Assembly (NCBI RefSeq): GCF_030028105.1 | Contig: NC_092397.1 | Location: 20,656,630 to 20,720,629, forward strand | DNA: 64,000 nt | Origin: Mobula birostris | Taxonomy: Eukaryota | Reading direction: 5' to 3' | Translations under genes and position numbers: made by a program | Part shown: positions 38,490 to 52,047 of the stretch, in pieces | Layout: each line of letters starts with the position of its first letter | Numbering within the stretch: position 1 is the first letter of the stretch | The notes under the pieces: model-generated | Seen by the model: only the letters and a program-made list of their open reading frames with translations | Database searches by the model: none | What the model was told of the DNA's origin: nothing

Positions 38490-41400
38490 CCATAAAATGT
38501 AGTAGAGTTAGTCACTTTGGCCCATTCAGTCTGCTCTGCCATTTCATCCATTTCCATGTCAGCCCCAATCTCCTGATTAGTCCCTGTAATCCTCATGCCC
38601 TGAATAATCAAGAAACTAGCAGCCTCTGCCTCAAATACACTCAATGACAGCCTCGACATTAGCCTCTGGCAACAAATTCCACTCTCTGGCTAAGGAAATT
38701 CCTCCTCATCTCTGTTTAAAGTCCCTCTATTCTGAGGCCATGGCCTCTGATCCTGGACTCCCCCTCCATTGGAAACGCCATCTTCATATCCACTCGACCA
38801 CGGCCTTTCTACATTTGAGAGGTTTCAATGAGATTCCTTCTCATTCATCTGAATTCTGGTGAGTACAGGCCCAGAACATTCAAATGGTCTTCATATGATA
38901 ACCTTTTCAATCCCAGAGTCATTCTTGTGAATGTCCTCTGAACCTTCACACTCTTTCTTAGATAAGGGCCTAGAATTGCTCACAATACTCCAAGTGAGTC
39001 CTTACCAGAGCCTCATAAAGCCTCAACATTACATCCTTGGCTCTTCTATTCTAGTCCTCTAGACGCTGTATCCCATCTGCCATTAAATATCCATTCTCCT
39101 AATCCGTCTAAGCCCTTCTGTAGCCTCTCTGCTTGCTCAGCACTATCTGCCTCTCCATGTATTTTTGTACTGTCCGCAAAGCCATCAATTCCATCATTCT
39201 AATTACTGACATACAGCATAAAAAGAAGCGGTCCAAAAAACTGATTGCTGTAGAACTCTGCAGGCAACCAGAAAAGGCTCATTTTATTCCCACTCTGACT
39301 CCTGCAAATCAGCTATTATCTTTCCTGTAATATCATGGGTTCTTAACTTGTTAAGCAGCCTCATGTGCGGCACCTTGTGATATACAAAGGACCAGACAGT
39401 GCACTGAGTGTATTACAGATTGGAGTTTCAGTGAGGTGGTCTCTCCTGAGGTACAGGCAGCAGGTAACTGAGTGACTCTGAGGAGAGGTAACAGGAACAG
39501 GCCCTCAGTACAGCAAGCTCCTGTGGCCATTCCCCTCGGCAACACTGAACCTCTTTTTGCTACTGCTGGGGGATGTCCTGTCACTGAGACTGGCTCTGAA
39601 GCTTACTGGGTGAGGGCTGTCAGCCAGTGTGATCGTTCTGAGTAAATTGATAGATGAGATGTTGGAGGTCAGTGAGAGATTCTGGATGGTGTGTTGCTTC
39701 CCTGGCGCCAGGGTCAGGGACGTCTCAGAGCAGATACAGAACCGGGGGGTCAGTGTTCATTGAGCTGGAGGTGGTGGTTGATGTCAGTTTCTAACAGACA
39801 GGCAGAAGAGGGAAGGGGTGCCACACAGTGAATATAGAGAGTTAGGGAAGAAGTTAAAGAGCGGGACCTGAAGGGTTGTAATCTCCAGGTAAATCCCAGT
39901 GCCGTGTGGTCGTGGTGTTAGGGACAGAAAGTTAGGGCAGATGAATGTGTGGCTGAGGAGCTGGTGCAGGGGCAGGTTTCAGGATTCTGGATCATTGGAA
40001 CCTCTTCTGGTGACCTGTACAAGAGGGATGGTTTGCACCTTCACTGGAGGGGGGTCAGTATCATGAGGTTCATTGCTGCTCCCTGGGAGGGCTGAAACGA
40101 GATTGACAGGGGGATGTGAACCGGAACACCAGTCACTGAATGGAGAGATTGAAGCTGAGTTTGATGTCATGCACAGTAATGCTGTAAGGATGGATTTTGA
40201 GGCAAATCCACATCTGACTTGGAGTTTTTTTAAAGACCAGCTGCACAGTGTTTCAGGGCCAGTTTGTTCCAGTGAGAGGGAGGGTCAAGGTCAGCAAGGT
40301 ACAGGAACCTTGGATGATGTGAGAGGAAATTAATTTAGTCAAGGAGGAGGAAAAAGCATTTGTAAGGTTTAGGAAGCTGAAATCAAACAGGGTGAGGTGT
40401 CCAACAAGGTCCCACATGGTAGGCTCATCAAGGAGTTTAGGATGGGTCCACAGTGATGTGGCCTATTGTCTTTCCCATGGAAGGGAGTGGTTAGTGGTGC
40501 ATGGGTCCTGTTCTGGGTGGAGGTCTGTGATGAGTCGTGATCCAGAGATGTTTGTACTGGGACCTCGGTTACTCGTGATATAAATGATGTGGATAAAAAT
40601 GTGGTAATGTAGGTTTACAGATGGCACACAGATTTGTGAACACTGTGCATTGCACAGAAGAGTTCCAAATGATACAGCAGGATATTGAACAGTTGCTGAT
40701 ATGGTAGGAACATTAACAGTATTGACAAAGAGAAGGATGATGGGGTCCAAGCATACAGTCTCACTGAAACTGCGAGCACAGGTTGACAGGGAGGTGAAGT
40801 CATGTATGGCATGTTTGCCTTTCTCAGGCAAGGCATTGAGTTCAAGCACCAGGACATTATGTTACAGGTTTCTAAAAGCTGGTGAGGCCACATTGAGAGT
40901 ACAGTGCTCAGTTCTGGTCACCTCATTATTGGAAGCGTGTGGAGGTTGTGGAGCAGGTGCAGAGGTGGTTTACCAGGATGTCTGGTCTGGAGGTGGTGTT
41001 CGGTGAGGAGAGGCTGTACATGCTGGAGCTTTTTCCACTAGTGGCGTCAGCTCAGGAGAGAGTTGATAGAAATTTATAGATTTTTGCAGGTCATTGGTGG
41101 TGTAGATAGCTAGCAATATTTTTCACAGACGTGAATTCCCTTCTACTAGTTGACATGTATTTAATGTCGGAGGAGGGAAGTGAAGAAAACAGAGTAGTGG
41201 AGATTTTGAATGCACTGCCAGGGGTGGTGGCAGAGGCAGAGAACACAGGAGTATTTAAGGAAATCTCAGACAGGAACAGGAATATGTAGAGAAGGGCCAA
41301 AGTGCCACCCCTGTACTGTCCTGTGTTTATGAACAGCAGATGGCCCCAGGCATGGATTCATGCACGAGGCTGGGGTATTATATCGCAAACAATAAATGGT

Positions 41401-41860
41401 TTTGCGAGGGGCAACAAATGCTACAAATACCTGTCACATTTCACAGTACAAATGCTACAGGTATGATGGAGTGGAGGGAAGAGAGGAGGAAGAGATGTGC
41501 TTGATCAGAGAGAACATCTCAGTGGTACTTGGAGATTGTCCCAATAATATTGAAGTAAGGAAGGGATAGCAAACACCAGAGGGCATATGGACAAAGTCAA
41601 GGGAGGGAAGTTTAGGGCAGACATTAGGGGAGGGGTAGTTCTTTTTTTTTTTAAAGAGGGTTGTGGGTGCCTGGAATGACTTGCCAGGGACGGTGGTGGA
41701 GGCGAAAACATTAGGGGTAATTTAAGAGCCTCTTGGACAGGCACATGGATGAAAGAAATACAGAGGGTTACGGAGTAGTGTGTGTTTAGTACATTTTTTT
41801 AAAGGAATCTAAGGGTCGGCACAACATCGAGGGCTGAAAGGCCTGTACTGTGCTGAGGAT
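38490..41860. mobile_element. Several old CR1 fragments (minus 38490-39380, plus 39380-41860)
   Basis: Degenerate esterase, RT and 3'-end motifs. Confidence 0.65.
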
Positions 41861-42094
41861 GTATTGATGGGATTGTATTATTGGCCATCAAATATCAGGA
41901 GTCAACAAGGTTGTAATAGAGGGACATTTCAACTTCTCTCACGCTGACTGGGACAGCCGTAATGCCAAGGGTTTGGTGGATCAGAATTTATTCAATGTGC
42001 CCAGGAGATTCTTCTCAATCAGTATTTCGAAGTTCCTACCAGAGACAGGGCAACACTGAACCTCTTTGTGGGAAATCAGACTCGACAAGTGACG

Positions 42095-42190
42095 GATCCT
42101 TCGGTGCTGGAGACCTCGATCCACCCACCCCTTCCCTGGCACAAACCAAAGTCGGTTCTCAGAGCGACCCACCGCCTGACAGAGGGAGCC
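42095..42190 (+). pseudogene. Remnant of a histone H4 3' end
   Basis: CTTCGGTGCTGGA...GCACAAACCAAA-gtcggtTCTCAGAGCg-ACCCACCGCCTGACAGAGGGAGCC aligns with the H4 stop/UTR/stem-loop/HDE region at 21966-22051. Confidence 0.55.
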
Positions 42191-42729
42191 TCTCGGGAAA
42201 TCTGACCAAATTCTCTAGCAAAATATTCATTTATATTTCAGAGACCTGGGTGGACGAGATTTCCAGTAAATACTGTCAGTTCCACAGGGTAAATGCACTT
42301 TTGTAGATAAATGTAAATATTATTGTTCTGTGAGGCGGTGGGAATTCTCATGAGGCAACGAACAGGGGATTTTCCCGCCTGCTGCACACCGGAACGGTCC
42401 CGGGTCAACCCGCAATGTCAAACCCAGACAACGCGGATTTAGGTCATGAAGAGCGGAGTCGTACAATGATCGGATATTAAATTCTCTGTCCGGGGGCTGA
42501 CTCTGGAAATTAATTTCACGACCCTAGGCCGAGTGAACCCGCTGACTCTCCGCAAGGGGAGAGCTGCATTGCGCCGGCAGAGAGGGGAAATGAGTCAGGG
42601 CCGAAGTGGACCGATTTCTGTGCAGATAGATATCGGTTTACTTCGCGGAAGAAACGTGACGGACATTGAACTGTCGTGACTGTGACAGATACAGAGTCCA
42701 GTTACTCTGAACGGAAATCACCCGCTGCT

Positions 42730-42770
42730 CAGCCCTTCCACAGACACTGTGAGTGGCTCTGAAAAGAGCC
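42730..42770 (-). terminator. Histone stem-loop plus HDE (H2A)
   Basis: GGCTCT-TTTC-AGAGCC (42755-42770) and GGAAGGGCTG (42730-42739). Confidence 0.93.
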
Positions 42771-42800
42771 TTTGGGTAAATAGGTTCAGCTTACGTCGCT

Positions 42801-43445
<645 letters not shown>

Positions 43446-44066
43446 AAATCTCTTGTTCAAATTTAATCAGAAATTAAATAATTGCTGATCTGTTTGACGA
43501 TTGAGTGTTCATACTTCCCCGTTACTGAAACCGGGCACATTTAATGCAAGTGTAGTTGATATTGAAATGTCTGGGAACTCAATTCTCTAATTTCTTTCAA
43601 CCCGTAACGGAACCGAGTAAAACTGAATCTCAGCTTCTGCCCGGTGCCGGTCATTGTGTAAACGTTATCAGGTTATGGACAAACGGCTCTTCTCAAACTG
43701 TGACCAGTGGCTAGTCTGCAATTTAAAAATGTTCTATGAAACAATCATGAACTCGTTCAGGCCTCGCATTGAAATAATATTCAGAGAAGTTACCCAACTG
43801 TAACTAACAAACTCCTGAACCCACAGCTAAAACAGCAAAGGCAGCAATCCTCCGCTCGACATGTATACCGGTGGGGACGGACTGATGAGGATGTGGAGGT
43901 AACAAGTCCGTGTCAGTGCAGTGGGAGGAATGTAAAACACCGGGATTATACGGAGATGAACCGGATACTCCAACCCTACCATAGCTCTTGTAAAAGACAC
44001 CAGACATAAAATGTGTGCAATTTAGTGTCTAAATTTTAGTACAACCCTCTTAGTGAAATTGTGAGT

Positions 44067-44082
44067 GGCTCTTAAAAGAGCC
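44067..44082 (-). terminator. Histone stem-loop (H2B copy 1)
   Basis: GGCTCT-TTTA-AGAGCC. Confidence 0.9.
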
Positions 44083-44099
44083 GTTTTGTTTTCGATCAT

Positions 44100-44470
44100 C
44101 GCACTGGAGCTGGTGTACTTGGTCACCGCCTTTGTCCCTTCGGACACGGCGTGCTTGGCCAGCTCCCTGGGCAGCAGCAGGCGCACGGCGGTCTGGATCT
44201 CCCGTGAGGTGATGGTTGACCGCTTGTTGTACTGGGCCAGGCGGGAAGCCTCGCCCCCGATTCTCTCGAAGATATCGTTGACGAACGAGTTCATGATGCT
44301 CATCGCCTTGGAGGAGATGCCAGTATCGGGGTGAACCTGCTTCATCACTTTGTAGATGTAGATGGAGTAACTCTCCTTCCTCAGCCTCTTGCGCTTCTTC
44401 CCTGCCTTGCCTGCTGGTTTGGACAAAACTTTCTTGGTGCCCTTCTTCGGAGCGGATTTCGCAGGTTTCA
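44100..44470 (-). pseudogene. H2B: Histone H2B pseudogene (copy 1)
   Basis: H2B body present, but a ~20-nt deletion relative to copy 2 removes the ATG. The stop is lost (TCCAGTGCG) and there are substitutions such as LLPREL. Confidence 0.85.
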
Positions 44471-44499
44471 GACCCTGAAGAAGCAGAACTGACTCGGAG

Positions 44500-44715
44500 C
44501 ACGAATTAAATAGGCAGCGCCCGGAACAGTATGCTAATGAGGGATGGGATGCCTTGGATTCCCAATGGCTATTTGAAGATTCTATTCATACAGTAAAGTC
44601 ATTTGATTGGCTCTCCGAAGGCACACGTACAACCAATCAGAACTATCTCTCTGGACTGCCCCGTGTTCGCTTGGGTAAAACTGCGGACTGGGAACTGGCG
44701 CTGATCTGGTGAGTT
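44500..44715. promoter_or_regulatory. H2B copy 1 promoter, possibly bidirectional
   Basis: TATTTAA (minus, 44506-44512), octamer variant ATGCTAAT (44531-44538), CCAAT boxes at 44562, 44606 and 44633, plus-strand donor TG/GTGAGT (44709-44714). Confidence 0.7.
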
Positions 44716-45147
44716 GCCGCTGCCGGTTCATTCCTCAGGAAGGAAATCTAACATACAAAATGGACCATAAGGCACAGGAGCAGTATTCGGCATTTGGCTC
44801 ATTGGGTTTGCTAGAAAAGCAGAAGGAATGAGAGAAACACACACTCGATAATATAAAACGTATATTCAATGAAGCAGGGCAGCAGGAGATCGCAGGTCCA
44901 ATTGTCATCATGAGACCCATTTCTGTGTGAGGTTGAAAGTCGTTTCTTGTCATTTGCAACTTGCTTGCAGCAGATTCATAGACACACAGTTTCAGAGACA
45001 AACCATTCACAAAATAAAAACATACTCTACAGAATTACAAACAGCTAACAGAATTTGAACAAGAGTCCATTGCAGTGTAAAGTGGTCAAAGTGGTGCTGT
45101 ACTGAGAAGGTGATGAGGGTTGTCCAGGTTTGTTAAACAACAGAATG

Positions 45148-45366
45148 TCTGTACCCGTCAGTCTCTGGTACAGTGTGAGAGTGTGGCGTTCATTCTGCAC
45201 CCGTCGGTCTCTGGTACAGTGTGAGAGTGTGGGGTTCATTCTGTCCCTGTCAGTCTCTGGTACAGTGTGAGTGTGTGGGGTTCAGTCTGTACCTGTCAGT
45301 CTCTGGTACAGTGTGAGAGCGTGGGGTTCAGTCTGTACCTGTCAGTCTCTGGTACAGTGTGAGAGT
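45148..45366. repeat. 46-bp minisatellite, about 4.7 copies
   Basis: Unit TCTGTACCTGTCAGTCTCTGGTACAGTGTGAGAGTGTGGGGTTCAG with variants. Confidence 0.93.
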
Positions 45367-45584
45367 TGGACTTCGCAATGTATCTTCCAATCTCTCATGC
45401 AGTCTAAATTTATAACGTTCTTAGAGACTCATTCTTACAATTGAACTCTTTGATTAAATCAAGTTTGCTTTTTAAATAAAATCATACAATGCGATGAGGC
45501 TGCACAGCTTGGAAGAACAATATTTTCTGTCTGGGTAACTTTCGAACTGATAGCATGAACATTAAATTTTCAAACTTCTGGTAA

Positions 45585-45945
45585 TGCTCCCCCCCCCCTC
45601 ACCAATTCTCATCCCCTTTTCTTCTCTCATCTTGCCCACCCATCACCTCTCTCTTGTGCTCCTCCCCTCTTTTCTTCCATGGCCTTTTCTCTCTTTCACC
45701 AATCAACTTCCCAGCTCTTTACTTCATTCCTCCCCTTTCAGGGTTCACCGATCACCTTGTTTTCTCTCATCCCTACCCCCACCTTTTAAATCTACTCCTC
45801 GTCTTTTCATCTCCAGTCTTGCCGAAGGGTTTTGGACGGAAACATTGACTGTATTTTTTTGTTCTACACGTGCTCCCTGGCCTGCTCAGTTCTTTTGTCT
45901 GTGTTGATTGGATTTGCAGCAACTGCAGATTTTCTCCTGTTTGTG
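45585..45945 (+). mobile_element. Penelope-like 3' fragment
   Basis: Pyrimidine-rich UTR and terminal repeat like the other PLE copies. Confidence 0.65.
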
Positions 45946-47252
45946 CCACAATGCTGTACATCAGTGTATCAGCGATGATGTGTCTGGTTACATTGTACTA
46001 ATCTGAATGGACTGTGGAGCAGAGCCTCCAGAGCAACAAGTCCAGACTATTGAATCCAACTCTGGTCTTGTGATAAATATGTAACTTTCCTCGAGTCTCT
46101 GCATGGCGCGGGGGGGGGGGGGGGCGGGGGTTGAATGGTGTGTAGCGTGTAGCAACATTCAGGCTGATGGAATTGAGAATGATTTTGACTGTAGATACGT
46201 AACCCATGTGTCCACTGTGATCAGTGATGGGACCTCTGTCTGATCAGATTAAAACACACATGGGCTGATCAGATCGCTGATGACACAAATGTGGGTGCAG
46301 TTGTGGGTGGTGAGGAAGGTTGTCAAACAGACAGAACTGGATGTAGATCAATTGGAATCATGGATGAAGAAATGGGGGTCAGAGTTTAATCTGGACAAGT
46401 GTGAGGAGTTTACAGGTCCAATGTTGGAGGAAACTTCACAGTAAATGGCAACACCCTTGGAAGCACTGATATATCTTGATGTGTTTGTCCATAACATCCT
46501 GCAAGTGAAATTGAAAGGAAATAAACTGCTATAAAGATCAGAGTGAGAGGACTTGGGGGGAAGGGGGTGTCTGTGTAGGGTAATGAAATGGGTGGAAACA
46601 CGCAGAATTAACAACCACCAACATTGAGCTGTGTTTCTCTTTAAGAGGCTGGACAGATGTTATGATGTAATTAAGTGATTTTTTTAAAACCGTGCTTTGT
46701 TTCTGTGTTTGGAGAACAATAAATGAGTCATTATAGTTGTCCTTAAACATAAAATGCCTCATGCCATTTTATTTGCAAAAACCCACAATAACATACTGGG
46801 TACCAGTAGCATTCACACCACAAGAATACCGCAGTGTCAACCTGCACCCAGAAAGCCTGATCACATTCTCTTCAGCTTCAATGGCATTGCTGACTCTGAG
46901 TTCACCATGGTCGAATGCCAGCAGGGTCATAATCAGCAGAAACTCTCACAACGCAGCTCTGTTTGTATTATGTGCTTTCGTAGGTCTGTGGGAGATACCC
47001 AGAATGTGAAACTATACCAATGGAGAGAGACACACTGACCCAAGTCACAGCTTGATGGGCAGAGAGGAAAACAGAGAATTTGATGTTGTGTCCTGATGCC
47101 TGAACTATGCCCAGTTACAAATGTTGTTCCTCCAAACTGTGTTCAGCCTCACTGTAACAGTGTGACATGAGACATCAACATGAAAACTAAAATAATCTCA
47201 GCTGAGGTGTATTCTCTTTCACCTGTTGATCTTCTTTGCAAACATTTTACAG

Positions 47253-48330
47253 GGCAGAAAAGACAGAATTTCTGTCTGAGAATCTCGAACACAACAGTGT
47301 GTCGGTTCTCATGTGTTTGTCAGTTCCCCAACATTTGAATGCTACCAACCATTGAATGTGAAGGATGAGATGGTTGAGAAGACAGCACACCAGTCTTTGC
47401 AAGGAGAACCCCAATATGTGGACATGTCCTTGATCTGACCTGATAAATGGCCAGTGTTGATACTGGTGAGCTGACATTCACCGCAAGGGATTCATCAGGC
47501 CATTGCACCCGCAGATACACCAGCAAGTTCACACGGGAAGAGGCCATTCACCTGCTCCGTGTGTGGGACGGGATTCATTCAGTCACATGAGCTATTACAA
47601 CACCAGCCAGTTCACATGGGAAGAGGCCATTCACCTGCTCTGTGCATGGGACGGGATTGATTCGGTCACATGACCTCTTACAACACCAGCAAGTTCACAC
47701 GGGAAGAGGCCATTCACCTGCTCCGTGTGTGGGACAGGATTCATTCAGTCACATGAGCTCTTACAACACCAGCCAGTTCACACGGGGAGAGGACATTCAC
47801 CTGCTCCGTGTGTGGGGCGGGATTTATTCAGTGACATGAGCTATTACAACACCAGCCAGTTCACACGGGAAGAGGACATTCACCTGCTCCGTGTGTGGGG
47901 CGGGATTTATTCAGTGACATGAGCTCTTACAACACCAGCAAGTTCACACGGGGAGAGGACATTCACCTGCTCCGTGTGTGGGGCAGGATTTATTCAGTGA
48001 CATGAGCTATTACAACACCAGCCAGTTCACACGGGGAGAGGACATTCACCTGCTCCCTGTGTGGGGCGGGATTTATTCAGTGACATGAGCTATTACAACA
48101 CCAGGCAGTTCACGCCGGTGAGCAGCTGTACTTGGCTCTGTTGTCTCGGTCTCTCAGTATAGCTTCACACCTGCTCCGAGTGTGGGAGGAGATTCATTCA
48201 GTTCACCCACTCTGTGAGGCTCCAGTGAGTTTATAATACATAGAGGACACACTTCGGTCTTGTGTCGGTAAGGAAGTTTATGCAGTCATCCCACCTGCTG
48301 AAACACTGGCAACTTCACAGCAGGGAGGAA
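47253..48330 (+). pseudogene. C2H2 zinc-finger gene terminal exon, disrupted
   Basis: Acceptor TTTTACAG at 47245-47252. Repeated [23 protein letters not shown] fingers. Frameshift in every linker and stops in the flanking fingers. Confidence 0.85.
47518..48098 (+). repeat. 83-bp tandem repeat of one zinc finger, 7 copies
   Basis: Unit starts at 47518, 47601, 47684, 47767, 47850, 47933, 48016. Confidence 0.93.
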
Positions 48331-49409
48331 GTTGAAATAAGCTCCATGTGAACATTTTAATCATCATGGTGACTGAATCTAGTTGGAAGTTCATGTGAGA
48401 CTGTTAATGTCAGATTCTGCAGATATTGCAACTGATCACTGAGCATTGGAGGGTTCGTTCTGCTGATGTTAGTTTTAAACAACACTGGTGTTTAATATTG
48501 TGGATCTGTGACAAATTAATCAGTTCTATTTCAGATCCTGTGTCTCAGGTGCTTCCCGCCTGTCACACAGCTAATGTACAGTAGACAGGCCACTCAGTTC
48601 ATCTGGTACCTGCTCATATTCCTGTTGCACAGCAGAGCTTTCAAACCCATCCCTGCTGTTCACCACTCACTCACCCTATAAAATTCAGCTTGCAACTGCT
48701 CACCGGTCTGTGAATGAACAGGTTTACTTTGAATTAAATCCCAAACTTTCTGGAAACTGCAGAAGATGAATTCACGAGGGTTTTGTCCCAAATATTCCTC
48801 ATCCCTCACAGCTCTGGACCAAGGATGCAGTCTTATGTGCTTAAAATCTTCCTGTGCTGCTCTATTCATTGTTTTGTGTCATTTTCACTGATTTCGAAGG
48901 GCTGTGCCTCACCCTGCCGGGCTGTTGCAATACAACACTCTCCTCTAAAGTACGACAGCAGAATGGTGGAGCAGAAACAAGAGGAGTCAGCACAAATGAG
49001 GGCTTTGGGGCTCCAGATGTGATGGAGGCTCGAGTTTACGTGGAGTAGAAGGAGGGAATCAGACCAGGAGGATGAGGCTGCAAATGAAAGTTCAGCAACA
49101 TTTGGAAACTGATTGACTGAAGAAAGAGGTTTATGTTTGCAAAATACTGGAGGGACTCAGTGCCCCCCAGCAGCATCTGTGCAGACAAATAAATAGTTGA
49201 TATTATGGGCCAAGACACTTCATCCTAACTAGACTGTTTATTCCTCTGTTTAGCTGCTGCCTGACCTGCTGAGTTCCCACAGTACTTTGTGTGTGTTAGT
49301 TTACAGTTTATTCCCAGCATCTGCTGAACCTCGAGTTTCATATCTGCATTTCGAAGTGAGTGGGACTTTGACAGTTGTCACACAAAATGCCTGTTGACAT
49401 TGAGTAATA

Positions 49410-49935
49410 AACAGGAGAAAATCTGCAGATGCTGGAAATCCAAGGAACACACACAACATGCTGGAGAAACTCTGCAGGCCAGGCAGCATCTGTGGATAAA
49501 ACTACAGCCGACGTTTTGGGCCAAGGTTCTTCAGCAGGACTGGAGAAAAAACAATGAGGAGTAAATTTTAAAGGTGGGGAGGGGAGAGAGAAACACAAAG
49601 TGACAGGTGGAACTGGGAGGGGGAGGGATGAAGTAAAGAGCTGGGAAGTTGATTGGTGAAAGAGATACAGGGCTGGAGAAGGGGGAGTCTGACAGGAGAG
49701 AACAGAAGGCCGTGGATGAAAGAAAAGGGGGGGAGGAACACCAGAGGGAGGCAATGGACAGGCAATGAGAGGGAAAGTGGGATGAGGAATGATGAGCGAG
49801 GGGAGGCATGACTGGAAGATCAAGAATTCGATGTTAATGCCATCAGATTGGAGGCTGCCCAGACAGAATACAAGGTGTTGTTCCTTCTACCTGAGTGTGG
49901 CCTCATTGCGACAGTATACGAGGCCATGGATTGAC
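49410..49935 (-). mobile_element. Penelope-like 3' fragment
   Basis: EATLR.KEQHLVFCLGSLQSDGINI remnant and terminal repeat. Confidence 0.75.
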
Positions 49936-50049
49936 GTCTCCATTGAGTATATTGTTTGTGGAAGCTTGCTGTGTTCAAGTAGCTGCGGAGTTTTCTGCAT
50001 AAAATCATTGACTGATTTTGAAACATGTGGCGTGGAACCAGCACTTGCC

Positions 50050-52047
50050 CCTCAAATTAATCCAGTCTGTTAACAACAGCACATCACCTCCCTTTTCCAA
50101 AATACAATTCAACCACACTATCACCATCCATTCCGTAAGTTTATACAAGTGGGACGTCAGTGATATTGGTCTATAACTAGAAGGATCCAACAGGGGTTTC
50201 CCAGGTTTTAGAATAGACTCTACAATTGCCATTTTCCATGAGGATGGAAGATGGCCTGAATTCCAATTATGATTCAGAAATGTAATATTATCTCAAGAGA
50301 GCTGCTGGCCATATGTTTAAACATGCAATAACATGTATCTGTTGCACAGATGTGGTTGGGGATGAACTCACGTGCAGGACACAGGCGCTGAGGCAGAGTT
50401 GTGAGGCGTTAGCACCACCGTGAACGGGGAACCGGTATCCAGGAGAGTCTTTACACAGAGACAAGGGTCACGTAGAGTATCCAGCAAACGATGCGGAACT
50501 TAGAACTGACAGTCCTCAGGAATCAGATTTACTCACATGAGAGTTGACCAACGAACTGGCAGCTCCTTGTTGTGATCACAGTGTCTTTATCCTGCATTTC
50601 CTGATGGAAAGCAGGTGTGTGCAGTTAGTGGAACCTGGGAATGATTGGAAATTCAATGAGGGAATTGAGGCCCAATTGCTGAGGTAACTAGCAAGGTCGG
50701 GGATTGCCAGAAGGGACCATGACAGTACCATCCTTTCCCGGAGCCGCCTGACCTGTTCTATTAATAACTTTCTTAAACTCACACAAAGAAAATTCTACTT
50801 TGCTATCACTGCTACAGCTGGTTTCCAACACGTCGGGGTATTCTCTTAAAACCTTATCCCTACATTGTTTAGTCTCTTCATTATTTTGATTATGAATTGC
50901 AGAAAAGGACTGAGCCAGTAACTAAACCCTCTCCATTTCAGTAACAATTGTATTACCTTCTTTAATCAATGCTGGGAACCCTATGAATCCCACACCCCTA
51001 TTTTCTTAATCATTCCTCAAACATCTCCAAGTTTAATAGTCCTTCCAATACTTTCACAATATGACCTCGCGTAAATCTTTTTCACAACCTTCATTACTTT
51101 CCTCACCATGGTCCGTGACCTGTTACACTTAATATGATCACGCAGAGAGTGGTATGCATAACTTTCTGAAATGCCTTATTTCTCTCAATAATTGCCTCTG
51201 CACACTCCTCCATCAACCATTGTCCAGCTTTTCTCCTATTACTGCACTATGAATCTCTTCCACCACAATCTGATGAATAACATGACAACGTTTCTTTGCA
51301 GAAATCCACATCATCCTCACCATTCAGCCCAGACAGACGCTCAGCACATAAAACATTCAAACTTCTCCCAAATTGCTTTACCAAAGTTCCACTTCCTAAA
51401 AGTGGCCTCCTTTCCCCTATATAAATCCAAACCCAAGCTTATAAATACAAGAAAATGATCGCTCCCCAATGCTTCATCTCCCATGGCATCCCACTCACTC
51501 ATTGCAGCCTGAATGTTTGAAATTAAAGTTAAATTTACAGCAGTTTCAGAACTATTATGAACATTAAATCTCGCAACTGTCCCACCAGTAAGACACAAGA
51601 TGTGAACTGTCTAAAACTCTTCTACAATCAAACCATAGCCATCATTCTGAGAACAACCCCACAGTGAACTGTATGCATTAAAACCCCCACACCACACAAC
51701 CCTTAGTGAGCTAGAGCTACATATACTGTCCAACAAATCAATCGAAAGCTTTCCATAGTGGTTATAATATACCACTTTACTGTCCCTACCTGTTGAATCA
51801 AATATTTCTACAAATGCCTCATACATTTCATTTACATCTACAACTCCATGCCCTCTCCCTTTCTTTATAAAACTTGCAACACCACTTCCTGTACCAACTA
51901 ATCTATCACGCCTAATTACAATTTAATCTTGGAAGAAAGAATTTAAATGGGGTAACAACCAGGTTTCCTCAATACATACAACGTCGGATAGATTTGATAA
52001 ATCAGAAATAAACTTCAAGTCTTCACCATTAAAAATCAGGCTTCTAG
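50050..52047 (-). mobile_element. I/Nimb-like LINE ORF2 fragment (APE + start of RT)
   Basis: RSLIFNGE...VCIEETWL, GGFNAYSSLWG, LGSDHF, ILKPGKP...SYRPISLTSHLYKL. Confidence 0.72.
50340..50724. mobile_element. Probable solo LTR inserted in the I/Nimb LINE
   Basis: TG...CA termini and near-duplicated flanks GTATC/GTACC. The LINE reading (PGKD...CYCMFKH) resumes on both sides. Confidence 0.6.

Noticed and set aside
43681-43700. Half histone stem-loop AACGGCTCTTCTCA
   Set aside because: No complementary 3' arm, and it is not conserved in the duplicated cassette.
47518-48098. Programmed -1 frameshifting to translate the ZNF array
   Set aside because: No canonical X XXY YYZ slippery heptamer, seven successive shifts would be needed, and the flanking fingers have stops.
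48880-49100. Possible coding exon after a pyrimidine tract
   Set aside because: Short frames with stops, no recognisable homology and no clear donor.
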